Shown piece by piece: positions 48,953-59,748 of a stretch of 64,000 nt of DNA. The position numbers and the translations under genes were made by a program. Numbering within the stretch: position 1 is the first letter of the stretch; each line of letters starts with the position of its first letter. This DNA comes from an uncultured Acidobacteriota bacterium. Its GTDB lineage: Bacteria > Acidobacteriota > Thermoanaerobaculia > Gp7-AA8. The notes under the pieces are model-generated. The model was not told the DNA's origin and did no database searches. It worked only from the letters and a program-made list of their open reading frames with translations. The stretch lies in NCBI GenBank assembly GCA_963741955.1, contig CAVUKB010000010.1, positions 320,001-384,000 of the forward strand. Reading direction: 5' to 3'.

Positions 48953-51652
48953 TCATGATCGACGTTCAGTGCGGCTCCTCAGCACGCGCCAGAGCACGAG
49001 CGCGCCCACGAGCGCGAGAGCGATCAGTGCGAGGAGTCCGAGTCGCCCGGCTGGAGTCGTCGGTTTGACGATCGCCAATCCTCTTCCCAGTGGACCGAGC
49101 TCGCGCACGGCAGCACTGGCGCTCTGCCCGGCAGCATTCACGACAGACACCTCGGCCGGGGTGCTCGGATCGGGATAGGTCACCTTCAGGAGAGATTCGG
49201 ACACGAACTGTACGGCCGGGGCCTCTGCGTCATCGAGAACGACGTGGCTGTCTCGCGAGAATCCCGACCCTTGAACTTCGAGAGTTCCCGACCTCGCTTC
49301 GGCCGACGCGATGACAGGCCCCCTGGGGCAGGTGGCGCAGCCGGCGATCTTTATAAACGTCCCTCGAACGCCCGAGAAGTTGATGGAGGGTTGCCATCGA
49401 GGCAGCAACGCACTCGAAAATCCGATGTATCCATTGCCGTCGGCGTCGATAGTGAAGGAGGGTTGAACCTCATCTGAACCCGACGCGGGACCCAGCGCCA
49501 TCGACCAGTCGGCCCTCGTGCCGAGCGAGTTCACTCGAGCCGCGAAATAGTTTCCCGGATCGTCGCCGCTTGACGGGGGGCCGCTGATGACTCCGCCGAC
49601 GGTCGGAAAATCGCGTGATGTCGTCGATCCGAAAAGGTAGACGTTCTGGTTTCGGTCGATCGAGATTTCTTCGACGGAATCCTCCCCTGATCCGCCCACG
49701 AGAGTGCACCAGCGAAGTTTCCACTCCCTCGGCTCGAATTTGCAGACGAAACCGTCGCTGACTCCGGACCGGACCGCTTTCCATCCGGCGGAGACGGCAG
49801 GAAAATTCGCGGAACCGGTTCCTCCGGCGGCGTAGATGTTGCCCGCTGAATCAAGCGCGATCGCGTCGATCCAGTCCCGGTCCCAGATCGGGTCGCCCAC
49901 TCCGCCGATGAGCGTCCAGCGCACGACCGAATCCGCCCCCTTTTTCCGAGGATCGAGCTCCAGGAGGTACGCGTCGGATGCGCCGCCGTGGAAGGCGGGA
50001 TCGACTCCCTTCCCCTGGGGGAGATCCTTTGGCGGGCCGAACGTCACTCCGCCGACGAGAATGCGGCCGTTTCGCATCTGCGCGATTGGACCGGGTGCAC
50101 TGCGAAGAAGCGTGGCATAAACAACTCGTGGCTGTTTCGCCTGGGGATCGACGACGACGATCCAGCCTGAGGAGTTGGAACGGTCCTTCCAGAACGCATT
50201 CGAGAGCATTGAAACGCCTGGTTCCGATATGCCGGATCCGAAATGGCCGGAGAGGAGAATCAGCCCATCCAGGCCGATCGCGATCCGGTTGGCCGAAACG
50301 CCACTGAGCACCGAAGATTCGACCAGATTGCCGGACGCTCCGAGCCTTGCGAGGAGGAGCCCCGCGCAGGCAGGGGAGCAAGGTCTGGTCAGAGGGAGCT
50401 CACCGCCGTGGGTGGAAGCTGCCACCAGGAGACTGCCGTCGGGTTGCGGAGAGAGCGCCATTGCGGGGCCGTTGCCGGCGGATCCACCAAGGATGGTGGT
50501 GTATTGGAGAACTCCGCTCCGGTCGAACTTTTCGACCACGACGTCGTCCTCGCTGCGCTCGTGAGAGTATCCGTCGTCGATCTTGAAGTCGTACAGCAGC
50601 CCGGGTGCGAACGTTTGGGACTGCGACGCGACGTAGATCCCTCCCTCGGAATCGACGGCGATCGCGCCCAGCCGTTCGGCGAGTGAGGGTTTCGGACTGG
50701 TCGCCGACGGCAACGGAGACGCAAACCTGGCAAGTCGAATGTCGATCTCGATTTCGCAGGAAGGATCAGGAGCTCCAAGATCGAAAGAGGCTGTTTGGGT
50801 TTGGAACGAGGTTTGATGCCATCGAATGTCCAGTGCTCCCGACGACTGATCACAGCGACGCGAACCGTGCGCGCTGGCGAAAGGGATGCCTCCCTCACCG
50901 TGCCTCCCATCGAGGAGACGACCGTCCGCGTCGACGGTCACCGTGTCGGAAAAACCGATCGCGACTCTTGACGGGTCTGTACCGCGAGGGATGATCACTC
51001 GCAACTGGTCTTGAACCCCGCCGAGAGTCAGGACACCTTCGATCCCGCTCGTGGGTTCACGCAGGTGGACCGAATCAAATACGGGTTGATCGGTCCTCCA
51101 CTCTTCCCGATTCTTCCCGATATAGACGTTCAACCGGCGGACGGAGCGCTGCACCTCTTCGGGTGCAGGTGGCTGGGCGACCGCCAGGGGAGGAGGCATG
51201 TCGGGTCGGTCGGGCCGATAAGCCAGGGAGACAACGCGGGGAAGAGATGTAAGGGCCGGAGCACTCCAGGGAAACCGGGGACCAGAAATTTCGTCTGTGG
51301 TGACCAGAGGCTGCACCGCGATTATCGATTTTCCTTCGCCCTGGAAGAACCAAATCGGCTCGGGAATCGCTGCGATTCGGCAGCTCGTCGAGGATTCACC
51401 TCCGAACCGGTAGGAAAAAGGGACAGTGGTAGGGATGTCGACCGGGAGTGCCGCGGCACGCGGTGGCGGTGCGTCGGGAGGCACGTCCACGGGCTTGCTG
51501 ACGGGAGTCGTTCCGCCATTGTCGATATGGACGCGTCCCTGTGCATCTCGCGTCACGGTAGTGCCAGTTTGCGCAGAGGAGGCCGACGCGGTCAGCAGAA
51601 TCAGAGAGCTCAATGCGACGATCGCGACGCGGAACCGTTTCGTTGCATTCAT
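48953..51652 (-). CDS. Secreted SBBP-repeat (beta-propeller) protein with an IPT-like domain and C-terminal membrane anchor
   Basis: NVYIGKNREEWRTD; repeats IAVDSEGGIYVA, IALDSAGNIYAAGGTGSANFP and ISIDRNQNVYLFGSTTSRDFP; V.GSGF...V.FVSE..L; tail PTTPAGRLGLLALIALALVGALVLWR. Confidence 0.75.
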   Translation of the reverse strand: MNATKRFRVAIVALSSLILLTASASSAQTGTTVTRDAQGRVHIDNGGTTPVSKPVDVPPDAPPPRAAALPVDIPTTVPFSYRFGGESSTSCRIAAIPEPIWFFQGEGKSIIAVQPLVTTDEISGPRFPWSAPALTSLPRVVSLAYRPDRPDMPPPLAVAQPPAPEEVQRSVRRLNVYIGKNREEWRTDQPVFDSVHLREPTSGIEGVLTLGGVQDQLRVIIPRGTDPSRVAIGFSDTVTVDADGRLLDGRHGEGGIPFASAHGSRRCDQSSGALDIRWHQTSFQTQTASFDLGAPDPSCEIEIDIRLARFASPLPSATSPKPSLAERLGAIAVDSEGGIYVASQSQTFAPGLLYDFKIDDGYSHERSEDDVVVEKFDRSGVLQYTTILGGSAGNGPAMALSPQPDGSLLVAASTHGGELPLTRPCSPACAGLLLARLGASGNLVESSVLSGVSANRIAIGLDGLILLSGHFGSGISEPGVSMLSNAFWKDRSNSSGWIVVVDPQAKQPRVVYATLLRSAPGPIAQMRNGRILVGGVTFGPPKDLPQGKGVDPAFHGGASDAYLLELDPRKKGADSVVRWTLIGGVGDPIWDRDWIDAIALDSAGNIYAAGGTGSANFPAVSAGWKAVRSGVSDGFVCKFEPREWKLRWCTLVGGSGEDSVEEISIDRNQNVYLFGSTTSRDFPTVGGVISGPPSSGDDPGNYFAARVNSLGTRADWSMALGPASGSDEVQPSFTIDADGNGYIGFSSALLPRWQPSINFSGVRGTFIKIAGCATCPRGPVIASAEARSGTLEVQGSGFSRDSHVVLDDAEAPAVQFVSESLLKVTYPDPSTPAEVSVVNAAGQSASAAVRELGPLGRGLAIVKPTTPAGRLGLLALIALALVGALVLWRVLRSRTERRS

Positions 51653-51877
51653 AGAATTCACCGGTTGGATCGCGAGTCGTTGCGGACGACCCGAATCTCT
51701 TTCAGTGGGACACTCGGGCAAGAGAGGGTTCACGAATCTTTGCCGAATCATCATATCGGACTGTTGTACCGAGTGTGACCAATGAATCGCGAAGAAGGCT
51801 GGAGCGGCCCGGAAGGAGAGTGAGAGATCGGGTCCGCGAGAATAGAGGCGCTCCACATCGGTCGTCCCGACGCTGAG

Positions 51878-52795
51878 CTACTCCGGTGGCGGCGTCTTCT
51901 CCCGAAGATCTCTGGTCCAATCGCGCGTGCGCCATTGGAAGAGAGAAGTGCCTTCGGTTTCTGCGCCGCTCTCGAGCTCCTCCCGCTGCCGGCGCACGAA
52001 GCCGCGGAAACGCGCGAGGTACCGCCTGCTGCCGAACGACGCGGGATCCAGGTCGATCGCCTGCGCAATCAGGTCCAGATCGTGAAGCTCGCCGAGGGTG
52101 CGGGAGAGCTGCTTCATTGCACGCGCGCGGTCTTCGAGTGATGCGAAGCCGCTCTCGTCGAGAAATCGTGCGTGGTACCAGTGGATCTTGGCGACCTTCC
52201 TCCACTGATGAAAGCTCTCCGGAGTCCGCTCCTCGAGCGCGCGGCGCATCGCGCGGCGAGAGGAGCGGTAACTGCGGACGATTGCCTTCTCTAGATCGCG
52301 GCGGTTCATGTGGTCGACCGGCCAGGCTGCGACCCTCAATCGTTCCGCAGTCAGTTCGTGCTTCCATCGGGCCGTGGTCTCGCCGTCGATGCCGGTGGTG
52401 ACGTGGCTCACCAGGACTCGCCGGATTTTGGTGAACTCTCGTGCGGTCCACTCGTCGCGGAATCGCTCCCGCAGCCGGTCGATCGTCTCGACTCTCGCTT
52501 TCGCGTCGCGCGCGGCTGCCAGCTCGCGGCCCGCATCCCGAAACAGAGTCCAGTCCTGTCGACCTTTCCTGGGGAGAGCCCGGCGGAGCAGGTCGGTGAT
52601 CCCTCGAAGCTCTTTGAGGCGGCGCCGGACTTCGTGAACCATGACGTCGGGATCCGCTTCGTCCGATCCCAGATGCGCGATCGCGTCGTCGATCAGCTCG
52701 AGAGCCTTCCGGCGCAGGAGCTGCGGCGCGAATTCGCCGTCGTCCCTGGTGAAATCGAGGACCACCGATTCCGAGCTCGGGTCGGGCGTGCTCAC
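51878..52795 (-). CDS. CHAD domain protein (polyphosphate-binding)
   Basis: VHEVRRRLKELR, LAAARDA, FHQWRKVAK, LGELHDL. Confidence 0.9.
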   Translation of the reverse strand: MSTPDPSSESVVLDFTRDDGEFAPQLLRRKALELIDDAIAHLGSDEADPDVMVHEVRRRLKELRGITDLLRRALPRKGRQDWTLFRDAGRELAAARDAKARVETIDRLRERFRDEWTAREFTKIRRVLVSHVTTGIDGETTARWKHELTAERLRVAAWPVDHMNRRDLEKAIVRSYRSSRRAMRRALEERTPESFHQWRKVAKIHWYHARFLDESGFASLEDRARAMKQLSRTLGELHDLDLIAQAIDLDPASFGSRRYLARFRGFVRRQREELESGAETEGTSLFQWRTRDWTRDLREKTPPPE

Positions 52796-52939
52796 TTCGT
52801 TTCGTCTCCGGTGTGAGAATACTCTCGACCGGAGCCAAGGGGGAATCCCGCGGAAGATCCGCCTCCCGAGGTGCTTTCCATCGAATTTGCATATTCCGGA
52901 TGCCGAGGTCGCCGGTGCGACTTAAGTGTGTGAGGACAA

Positions 52940-54446
52940 ATGGGGAATGCATCCCGTCACATCGCGGCGATCGACGTCGGAACGAACTCGATCCACATGG
53001 TCGTGGCCGAGGTCCGTGGACGGACCTATCGGGTGGTGGACAAGGAGAAGGCGACGGTCCAGCTGGGACTGAGCAGCCTCGACGGAGCGCCACTCAGCGA
53101 TGCTGCGATGGAGAGGGGAGTTGCCGCCATCGTGCACATGGCGGAGGTCGCCCGCGGCTGGAATGCGAAGGAGGTCGTCGCCGTGGCGACCAGCGCGGTG
53201 CGGGAGGCACCGAACCGGCGAGAGTTTCTTCGGCGGGTTCGGGATGCCGCGGAAATCCGGATCCGGGTGATCTCCGGCGAAGAAGAGGCGGACTACATCT
53301 ATCGCGCGGTCCGCTCGGCGGTCGGTCTCGAAAGCGCGACCGTGCTCTGCGTCGACATCGGCGGCGGAAGCGTCGAGTTCATCATCGGCACCGGGAGCGA
53401 GATCTACTTCACCGCCAGCGAACCGCTCGGTTCGTTGCGGCTCTCACAGCGTTTCGAGTTGCAGGATCTCGCGACCGCGGAATCAATCGATTCCTCTCGC
53501 CGATTCGCCGCGGATCAGCTCCGGAAGGTCCAGAAGAAGGTTCGCGCCATCGGGGTCGATCGCTGCATCGGAACTTCGGGAACCATCCAGACCCTTGCAG
53601 CGCTCGCGGCCGGGGAGAAATCGAGCTCGAACCGGACGCTCTCGTTCGAAGCGCTCGGAGCCGTGATGTCGCGATTCGTCGGGACGAGCGCGCGCGAACG
53701 TGCGGAAAAGTTCGACATGGACGAGAAGCGTGCGGCCACGATCGTCGCCGGCGGCGCGGTGCTCATGGCGACGATGGAGCTCCTCGGGGTCGAGTCTCTC
53801 ATTCCATCCAACGTCGGGATCCGGGAGGGTCTGATCGAAGCACAGATCGCGCGACGGCCGGCGTCGAAGGACGGCTCTTCGCTGAGACGGTCGGCGTCGA
53901 TCGCGTTCGCGGAGAGAAGTGACTGTGACATGCGCCATTCGCGGCACGTGGCGCGGCTCGCATCGCGTATCTTCGACCAGACGACGGATCTGCATGATCT
54001 GCCCCCGAGTCGCGCGAGCTTCTGGAAATGCCGCTCTCCTCCACGAGGTCGGCCTGCACGTGAGCGACCGCGGGTACCACAAACATTCCTACTACCTGAT
54101 CCGTCATGCGGCACTTCGCGGGTTCAGCGAGGAGCAGCTGATCGTGGTGGCGAACGTTGCGCGCTACCACCGCAAGGCGAAACCGAAAGAGGGTCACGAG
54201 AATCTCCAGGAGCTCGCCGGGAGACGGTCCGACGTGGAGAAACTCTCGGCGATTCTCCGCATCGCGGAAGCGCTGGACCGAAGCCACCGTCAGGCGGTAC
54301 GCGACGTCGCGGTCCGGTCCAACGGCGACGTGAAGTTCCTCGTGCGGGCGCGCACGGACGCCTCGGTGGAAATCGCCGCGGCAGCCAAACGCGCGCGCTA
54401 CTTTTCGAATCTTTTCGACCGCAAGGTGCGGTTCAGGAGTATTTGA
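52940..54446 (+). pseudogene. ppx: Exopolyphosphatase Ppx/GppA with two close frameshifts (possibly a sequencing artefact)
   Basis: AIDVGTNSI, ATSAVREA, ISGEEEA, DIGGGSVE, GIREG. The C-terminal HD-like domain (AALLHEVG..YHKHSYYLI..VARYHR) is in another frame after ~54030. Confidence 0.85.
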
Positions 54447-54455
54447 GGTGAAGCG

Positions 54456-54932
54456 ATGCTGATCGTGTTGTTCCGGCATGGAATCGCGGAGAAGAAGGAC
54501 GGCGAGAAACCGGACGAAGAGCGCCGTCTGACGGACGAAGGACACCGGAAGATGAAGCGGATCTCCAAGCGGGTGGCGAAGATGATTCCCGATGCGGACG
54601 CCATCTACAGCAGCCCGCTCCTCCGAGCCTGGGAGACCGCCGAGTGGCTGCAGAAGAGATACGAGCGAAAGCTCGAGATTCAGTCGGCGGATGCGCTCGA
54701 GCCGGGGCGCGATCCGGAGGAGTTCCGGGCCCTGCTCCGTCGGAGCTCTTCGTCCTGCGCGTTTTTCGTCGGGCACGAGCCGCATCTCTCGTCGCTGATG
54801 CTGGCGCTGACGAAGATGCATCCCGAGTCGGAAGTCGCTTTGAAGAAGGGTGGGTGTTACGGGCTGGAGATGGACGGTCCGGACGACGTAGCACGGCTAC
54901 GGTTCATGCTCGAACCGGCGTTGCTCGAATGA
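54456..54932 (+). CDS. sixA: Phosphohistidine phosphatase SixA
   Basis: LFRHGIA, D..RRLT..G, SSPLLRA.ETA, VGHEP, LKKGG. Confidence 0.9.
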   Translation: MLIVLFRHGIAEKKDGEKPDEERRLTDEGHRKMKRISKRVAKMIPDADAIYSSPLLRAWETAEWLQKRYERKLEIQSADALEPGRDPEEFRALLRRSSSSCAFFVGHEPHLSSLMLALTKMHPESEVALKKGGCYGLEMDGPDDVARLRFMLEPALLE

Positions 54933-54976
54933 CGACCCCGCCGTCTGCATCGACTTTTGGTGTGCTGCAGGAGCTC

Positions 54977-57181
54977 CTATTTCTTTTTCTTTTTCGCCTT
55001 GCGCCGGAACGGTCCTGCCTTCTGGAGAATCTCGTCGTACGGACCCACTGAGATTGCTTCGGCCCGTGCGATGGCGATGAACGCCTCCTGGCTTCGCACC
55101 GGCTGACTGGCCGGATCGCGCCGGTGGTACACGCCTTCGGAGTCGAGCTCCCATCCCTTCAGGTTGTCCGCGAGAACGACCGGGAGGATCTGCCTGTCGA
55201 TGCGGGTCTTGAGAACCTCCGAATGCACCGGGAAGGTGACCTCGATCCGGCGGAAGAAGTTGCGGGGCATCCAGTCTCCGCTCGAGATCCAGAACTCCGG
55301 ATCGCCGCCGTTCTCGAATCGGAAGAGGCGGGAGTGCTCCAGAAAGCGGTCGATCACCGAGGTGACTACGATGTTCTCGCTCAGCGAAGGGACGCCGGGG
55401 ACGAGACAGCAGATCCCGCGCACGGCGAGGCGGATCTGCACGCCCGCGCAGCTCGCGGCATAGAGCGCGCGGATCACCTCCGGCTCCACGAGCGCATTCA
55501 TCTTTGCGACGATGCCCGACGGGTTCCCATTCTCCGCCGCCCGCCGCTCACGCTCGATCATCGAAAGAACCCAGCGATGGTAGTCCGTCGGAGCGACGAC
55601 CATCTTCTGCCACGTGAACGGAGAGCCCTGATCCGCGATGAGCTCCTGCACTCCGGCTGCGCTGAATCCCGTCACCAGGTTCATCACCTGCGCCGCGTCG
55701 GCGGTGAGCGCCTCGTCGGTGGTGAATAGATCGAGGTCGGTGTAGAGGCGGCCGGTGAGCGCGTTGTAATTCCCGGTGGAGAGGTGCGCGTAGCGGCGCA
55801 GCTCGTCCCCCTCCCTCCGCACGACCAGGCAGATCTTGCAGTGTGTCTTGATGCCGACCAGGCCGTACACGACCTGCACTCCGGCCTGTTCGAGTCTGCG
55901 GGCCCAGGTGATGTTTTTCTGTTCGTCGAACCGCGCCTGCAGCTCGACCACCGCAGTGACCTGCTTCCCGTGCTCGGCGGCACGCGCGAGCGATTCCAGC
56001 ACCAGAGAACCGGGATCGGTCCGGTAGAGGGTCTGTTTGATCGCCACCACGTCGGGATCCTCGGCGGCGCTCATCACGAAGTCGATTACCGCAGCGAACG
56101 AATCGTAGGGGCGGTGCAGGAGGACGTCGCCGCTGCGGATGATGGCGAAGATGTCTTCGCTCGTCGCCAGCCGGGCCGGAATGCGTGGGTTGAACGGAGG
56201 ATCCTTCAGCTGCGGCGCCGTCACCGCGTCGTACAACGGCATCAGCTCGTCGAGTTTCAGTGGGCCGGGAGCGAAGTAGACGTCCTCGCGTGCCGCCCCG
56301 GTACTGTTGAGGATCAGCTCGAGGACGCGCTCGTCGGATCCTTCACCCACTTCGAGCCATACCACCTCGCTCCTCTCGCGTCGTCGAAGCTCGCTCTCCA
56401 TGCTCTTCAGCAGATCCTGGACGTCCTCCTCCTTGATCGAGAAATCGGAGTTTCGGATGACGCGGAACACTGCGGACTTCTTCAGGCGAAGTCCGGGGAA
56501 AAAGCGCTCGATGTGAGACGTGATCACGTCTTCCAGGAGGACGAAACGGTTCTTCTCCCCATACTGAACGAGTCGTGGCGAAGGTTCGGGAATCTTCACC
56601 ACGACGGTGTGCCGCTCGCCGCGATGCGATTCGAGCCGCAGTGCGAGGTTGAGTGAGCGGTTCGCGAGGAGAGGGAATGGATGTCCGGGGTCGATCGCCA
56701 GGGGTGTGAGGATCGGCTCGAGATGACGAGTGAAGTATTCTTCGAGCGCGGCTCTTCCTTTCTTTCCGAGGTCCTCGATGCGCTCGATGCGGATCCCTTC
56801 CTTCTCCAGCGATCCGAGGAGGTCCTTTCCGAGGCATTCGTACATCGCGTCGAGAAGACGCCTCACGCGCTTGCGGATCGTGTCGAGCTTTTCCGCGTAT
56901 CGAGCGGTCGGGCCGGCGCCGGCGGCGATCACGTCACGCACTTCGCCGACCCGGACCATCAGGAACTCGTCGAGATTGTGCGCGCAGATCGAGAGGAACT
57001 TCAGTCGTTCGAGAAGAGGGACGTCCGGATTCTGGGCTTCGCCGAGCACACGCCGGTCGAACTCGATCCAGCTGAGCTCGCGATCGAACAGAGGAATCTC
57101 CTCGGGAGCCGCAGCCGCCTTTTTCGAAGCGGAGGGCTCGTCCGGATGGAGGATTGCGAAGTCTTCGGTCGGAACGGACAT
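54977..57181 (-). CDS. ppk1: Polyphosphate kinase 1
   Basis: RELSWIEF..RVL, LLERLKFL..NLDEF, HPFP, AIKQTLYRT, ELQARFDE, KTHCK, STGNYN, RFLEHSR. Confidence 0.97.
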   Translation of the reverse strand: MSVPTEDFAILHPDEPSASKKAAAAPEEIPLFDRELSWIEFDRRVLGEAQNPDVPLLERLKFLSICAHNLDEFLMVRVGEVRDVIAAGAGPTARYAEKLDTIRKRVRRLLDAMYECLGKDLLGSLEKEGIRIERIEDLGKKGRAALEEYFTRHLEPILTPLAIDPGHPFPLLANRSLNLALRLESHRGERHTVVVKIPEPSPRLVQYGEKNRFVLLEDVITSHIERFFPGLRLKKSAVFRVIRNSDFSIKEEDVQDLLKSMESELRRRERSEVVWLEVGEGSDERVLELILNSTGAAREDVYFAPGPLKLDELMPLYDAVTAPQLKDPPFNPRIPARLATSEDIFAIIRSGDVLLHRPYDSFAAVIDFVMSAAEDPDVVAIKQTLYRTDPGSLVLESLARAAEHGKQVTAVVELQARFDEQKNITWARRLEQAGVQVVYGLVGIKTHCKICLVVRREGDELRRYAHLSTGNYNALTGRLYTDLDLFTTDEALTADAAQVMNLVTGFSAAGVQELIADQGSPFTWQKMVVAPTDYHRWVLSMIERERRAAENGNPSGIVAKMNALVEPEVIRALYAASCAGVQIRLAVRGICCLVPGVPSLSENIVVTSVIDRFLEHSRLFRFENGGDPEFWISSGDWMPRNFFRRIEVTFPVHSEVLKTRIDRQILPVVLADNLKGWELDSEGVYHRRDPASQPVRSQEAFIAIARAEAISVGPYDEILQKAGPFRRKAKKKKK

Positions 57182-57331
57182 CAGCCAGCGGGCCGCATCC
57201 GGATGGCCGGAGCGACCTCCCTTTCACTCGAGAGAATTCAGTGAGATTCTACGTCCGTTCCGCCGGGAAAGCTCAGATCTGCCCCTCGTTCGATCTTCCG
57301 GACCCGATCCCGCGTGGATGTTCGTTTCGCG

Positions 57332-58639
57332 TCAGCCGGCTGCCGGAATCCCGAAAACCGCCACGGCCGACGTCGCGATTGCCGCCAGTGAGCCGACCAC
57401 GATGATCCGGACTCTCCCTTCCGCATCTCTCCGCTCGACTGCGACGAGGACGGCGACCAGGCATTGGAAGGCGTAGAAGACGGCGAAGGCCCGCGAGGCG
57501 TAACTGAGGATCTGAAGAACGTCAGTCGACCAGGCGAGGGCGACCGTCCCTGCGCCGATCAGAACGTATGGAATGCGACTGGAGACCCGACCCCTGAAGA
57601 TCGTCTTCAGAAGGCCCGAGCATCCGGCATCGTCGGCGACGGCGGCGGAGAACTGGCTCACGCCCGCGGCGATCACGATGAGAAGCGGGAGGATTGCCGC
57701 GACCGGTCCGACCAGGTGGACGATCTCGGTCACGCTCGCCCGGGGCGGTGCGCCGGGGTGAAAGAGAAGAAGAGCCAGAGTGGTGAAGAGAAGATAGATT
57801 CCCGCCGAGATCAGCTGAGCGATCCGCATCGTCCGCACACGCTGTTCCGGCGAATGAGTGGCGCCGAGGAACCTGCTCGTCTCGAACCCCTGCACCACGA
57901 TCAGGAGTCCCATCAGATCCCGGAGAGAACGAAGGGGCGACTCCGACGGCTGGATGGCGGGAAGGTGCCAGGTTCCGGCGGAAAGCGCATGCACGTGGAA
58001 GATGGCCAGCGCCGCGAGGAGCGCGGCGATCATTCCGAGATTCAATGCGACCGCGTAACGTTCGACGCCCTCGAGCGCGCGGAGGCCCCGCCACAGGCCG
58101 ACCGAAGTGATCACCACGAGAAGCGCAGTCGTGAACGTTTTCGAGGCGAAGGGACTTTGCCATCGGAATGCGTCGAGAACGAATGCGCTCAGGAGGCTGA
58201 GGTAGTAAGTGACGGATACGAGGTACGCCCCCGCGAGGATGACGTGCGAAGCTCGCTCGATGTCGGTCGCCAGGGATCTGTCGCGACGGGCCCAGAGACC
58301 TTCGGTCGCGAGCGCGTGGCCGTGCGTCGCGGTGTGCTCTCCCGCTTCCCGCGGCCGTTCGCCGACCACGACCTCGGTGTATCGGATGTTGAACCGGATC
58401 ACCGAGCCCACCGCGTATGCGACGACGAGGAGAGCGGCCATCGCGAGAGGGGCATACAGCCCCGCCGCGCCCACCAGCAGCGGTGCGGAAACGAGAAACC
58501 CGCTCCCCATGATCGAGGCGAGCGGAGTGGTGGTCGCCGTCCATGCGCGCGAGCGGCGAAGGGAAGGGAGAAACGCGAGAACCCCCGCCGTGCCGAGGGT
58601 GATCGTAAGGACCAGAACGTCCGTCGCGCCGAATTGCAT
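57332..58639 (-). CDS. APC-superfamily-like membrane transporter
   Basis: Polytopic membrane protein with TPLASIMGSGFL, IVVQGFETSR, SQFSAAVAD, ASRAFA. Confidence 0.65.
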   Translation of the reverse strand: MQFGATDVLVLTITLGTAGVLAFLPSLRRSRAWTATTTPLASIMGSGFLVSAPLLVGAAGLYAPLAMAALLVVAYAVGSVIRFNIRYTEVVVGERPREAGEHTATHGHALATEGLWARRDRSLATDIERASHVILAGAYLVSVTYYLSLLSAFVLDAFRWQSPFASKTFTTALLVVITSVGLWRGLRALEGVERYAVALNLGMIAALLAALAIFHVHALSAGTWHLPAIQPSESPLRSLRDLMGLLIVVQGFETSRFLGATHSPEQRVRTMRIAQLISAGIYLLFTTLALLLFHPGAPPRASVTEIVHLVGPVAAILPLLIVIAAGVSQFSAAVADDAGCSGLLKTIFRGRVSSRIPYVLIGAGTVALAWSTDVLQILSYASRAFAVFYAFQCLVAVLVAVERRDAEGRVRIIVVGSLAAIATSAVAVFGIPAAG

Positions 58640-58802
58640 TGCGGGAAGGATATCGGATCGGAGCGATCGGGGTCGGCATCAGGGGAGCGGAAGCGCGAAT
58701 TTCACCATCCACCGCCTGGGAGGTGCGGCGGGTTCGTTCCGGGACGTGGTCGTCGGTAGGGCTCGATCGGAACAGCCTTCCGGGAACGAGACTCTTCGCA
58801 GC

Positions 58803-59564
58803 CTACTGCGCGAGATAGCCGCCGTCGATCGGATAGTACGATCCGGTGACGAACGACGACTTTCCGCACGAGAGCCAGAGGACGAGCTCCGCGACTTCTT
58901 CGGGCTTGCCGAGGCGGCCGATCGGATGAGCGGCGGTGAGCTTCGCGAGCGTGTCGCGGTCGTTCTCGAGAGCTGCGATGAGAGGCGTGTGAATGAATGC
59001 CGGGCCGACGGAGTTGACCCGGATGCCGCGTGTCGCGTACTCGAGTGCGGCGTTCTTCGTCAGTCCCACCAGGCCGTGTTTCGCGCTGACGTACGCCGAG
59101 GCGGTGGGAAAGCCGACCTCTCCGAGGATCGAAGCCATGTTCACGATCGCGCCGCCGTGTTCGAGCATGGCCGGAATCTCGTACCTCATGCAGTAGAACG
59201 CGCCGGAGAGATTGATGGCGATGACCCGGTCCCATCCTTCGATCGAGAGGTCGCCGACCAGGTTCGACTCGCCGCCGATTCCGGCGTTGTTGCAGGCGAC
59301 GTCGAGTCCCCCGAGCTCGTCGACCGTGCGCCGTACGAGCGCCTGGCACTCCGCAGCCACGGAGATGTCGGCGTGGACGTAGATCGCTTTCGCTCCGTTT
59401 GCGCGGAGCTCGTCCGCGAACCGCTCGCCGTCCGCGTCGGCGACATCCGAAACGGCGACGCGGGCGCCTTCACGGGCATAGATCTCGGCGATGGCGCGTC
59501 CGATGCCGGACGCGGCGCCGGTGACCAGTGCGACTTTTCCTTCGAGGATTTTCTTTTCAGACAT
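58803..59564 (-). CDS. Short-chain dehydrogenase/reductase
   Basis: TGAASGIG, NNAGI, NMASI, YVSAK, PIGRLG.PEEVA, DGG. Confidence 0.95.
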   Translation of the reverse strand: MSEKKILEGKVALVTGAASGIGRAIAEIYAREGARVAVSDVADADGERFADELRANGAKAIYVHADISVAAECQALVRRTVDELGGLDVACNNAGIGGESNLVGDLSIEGWDRVIAINLSGAFYCMRYEIPAMLEHGGAIVNMASILGEVGFPTASAYVSAKHGLVGLTKNAALEYATRGIRVNSVGPAFIHTPLIAALENDRDTLAKLTAAHPIGRLGKPEEVAELVLWLSCGKSSFVTGSYYPIDGGYLAQ

Positions 59565-59748
59565 GTTCGACCTCCATCCACGGATCGTGCCGGAGCGTAT
59601 GGGTCGCCACGGTTTGCTCCCATGACATCTTGCCTCGAAGAGCGACGTGGGAGATAGATGCAGCTGCACCAGGCCGCAAGCGATGGTGTGCGCAGGGTGA
59701 GCGCCAATCGCCGGTCTCTTCTATTCAGGCATCATCTCGGCCCGTTTG

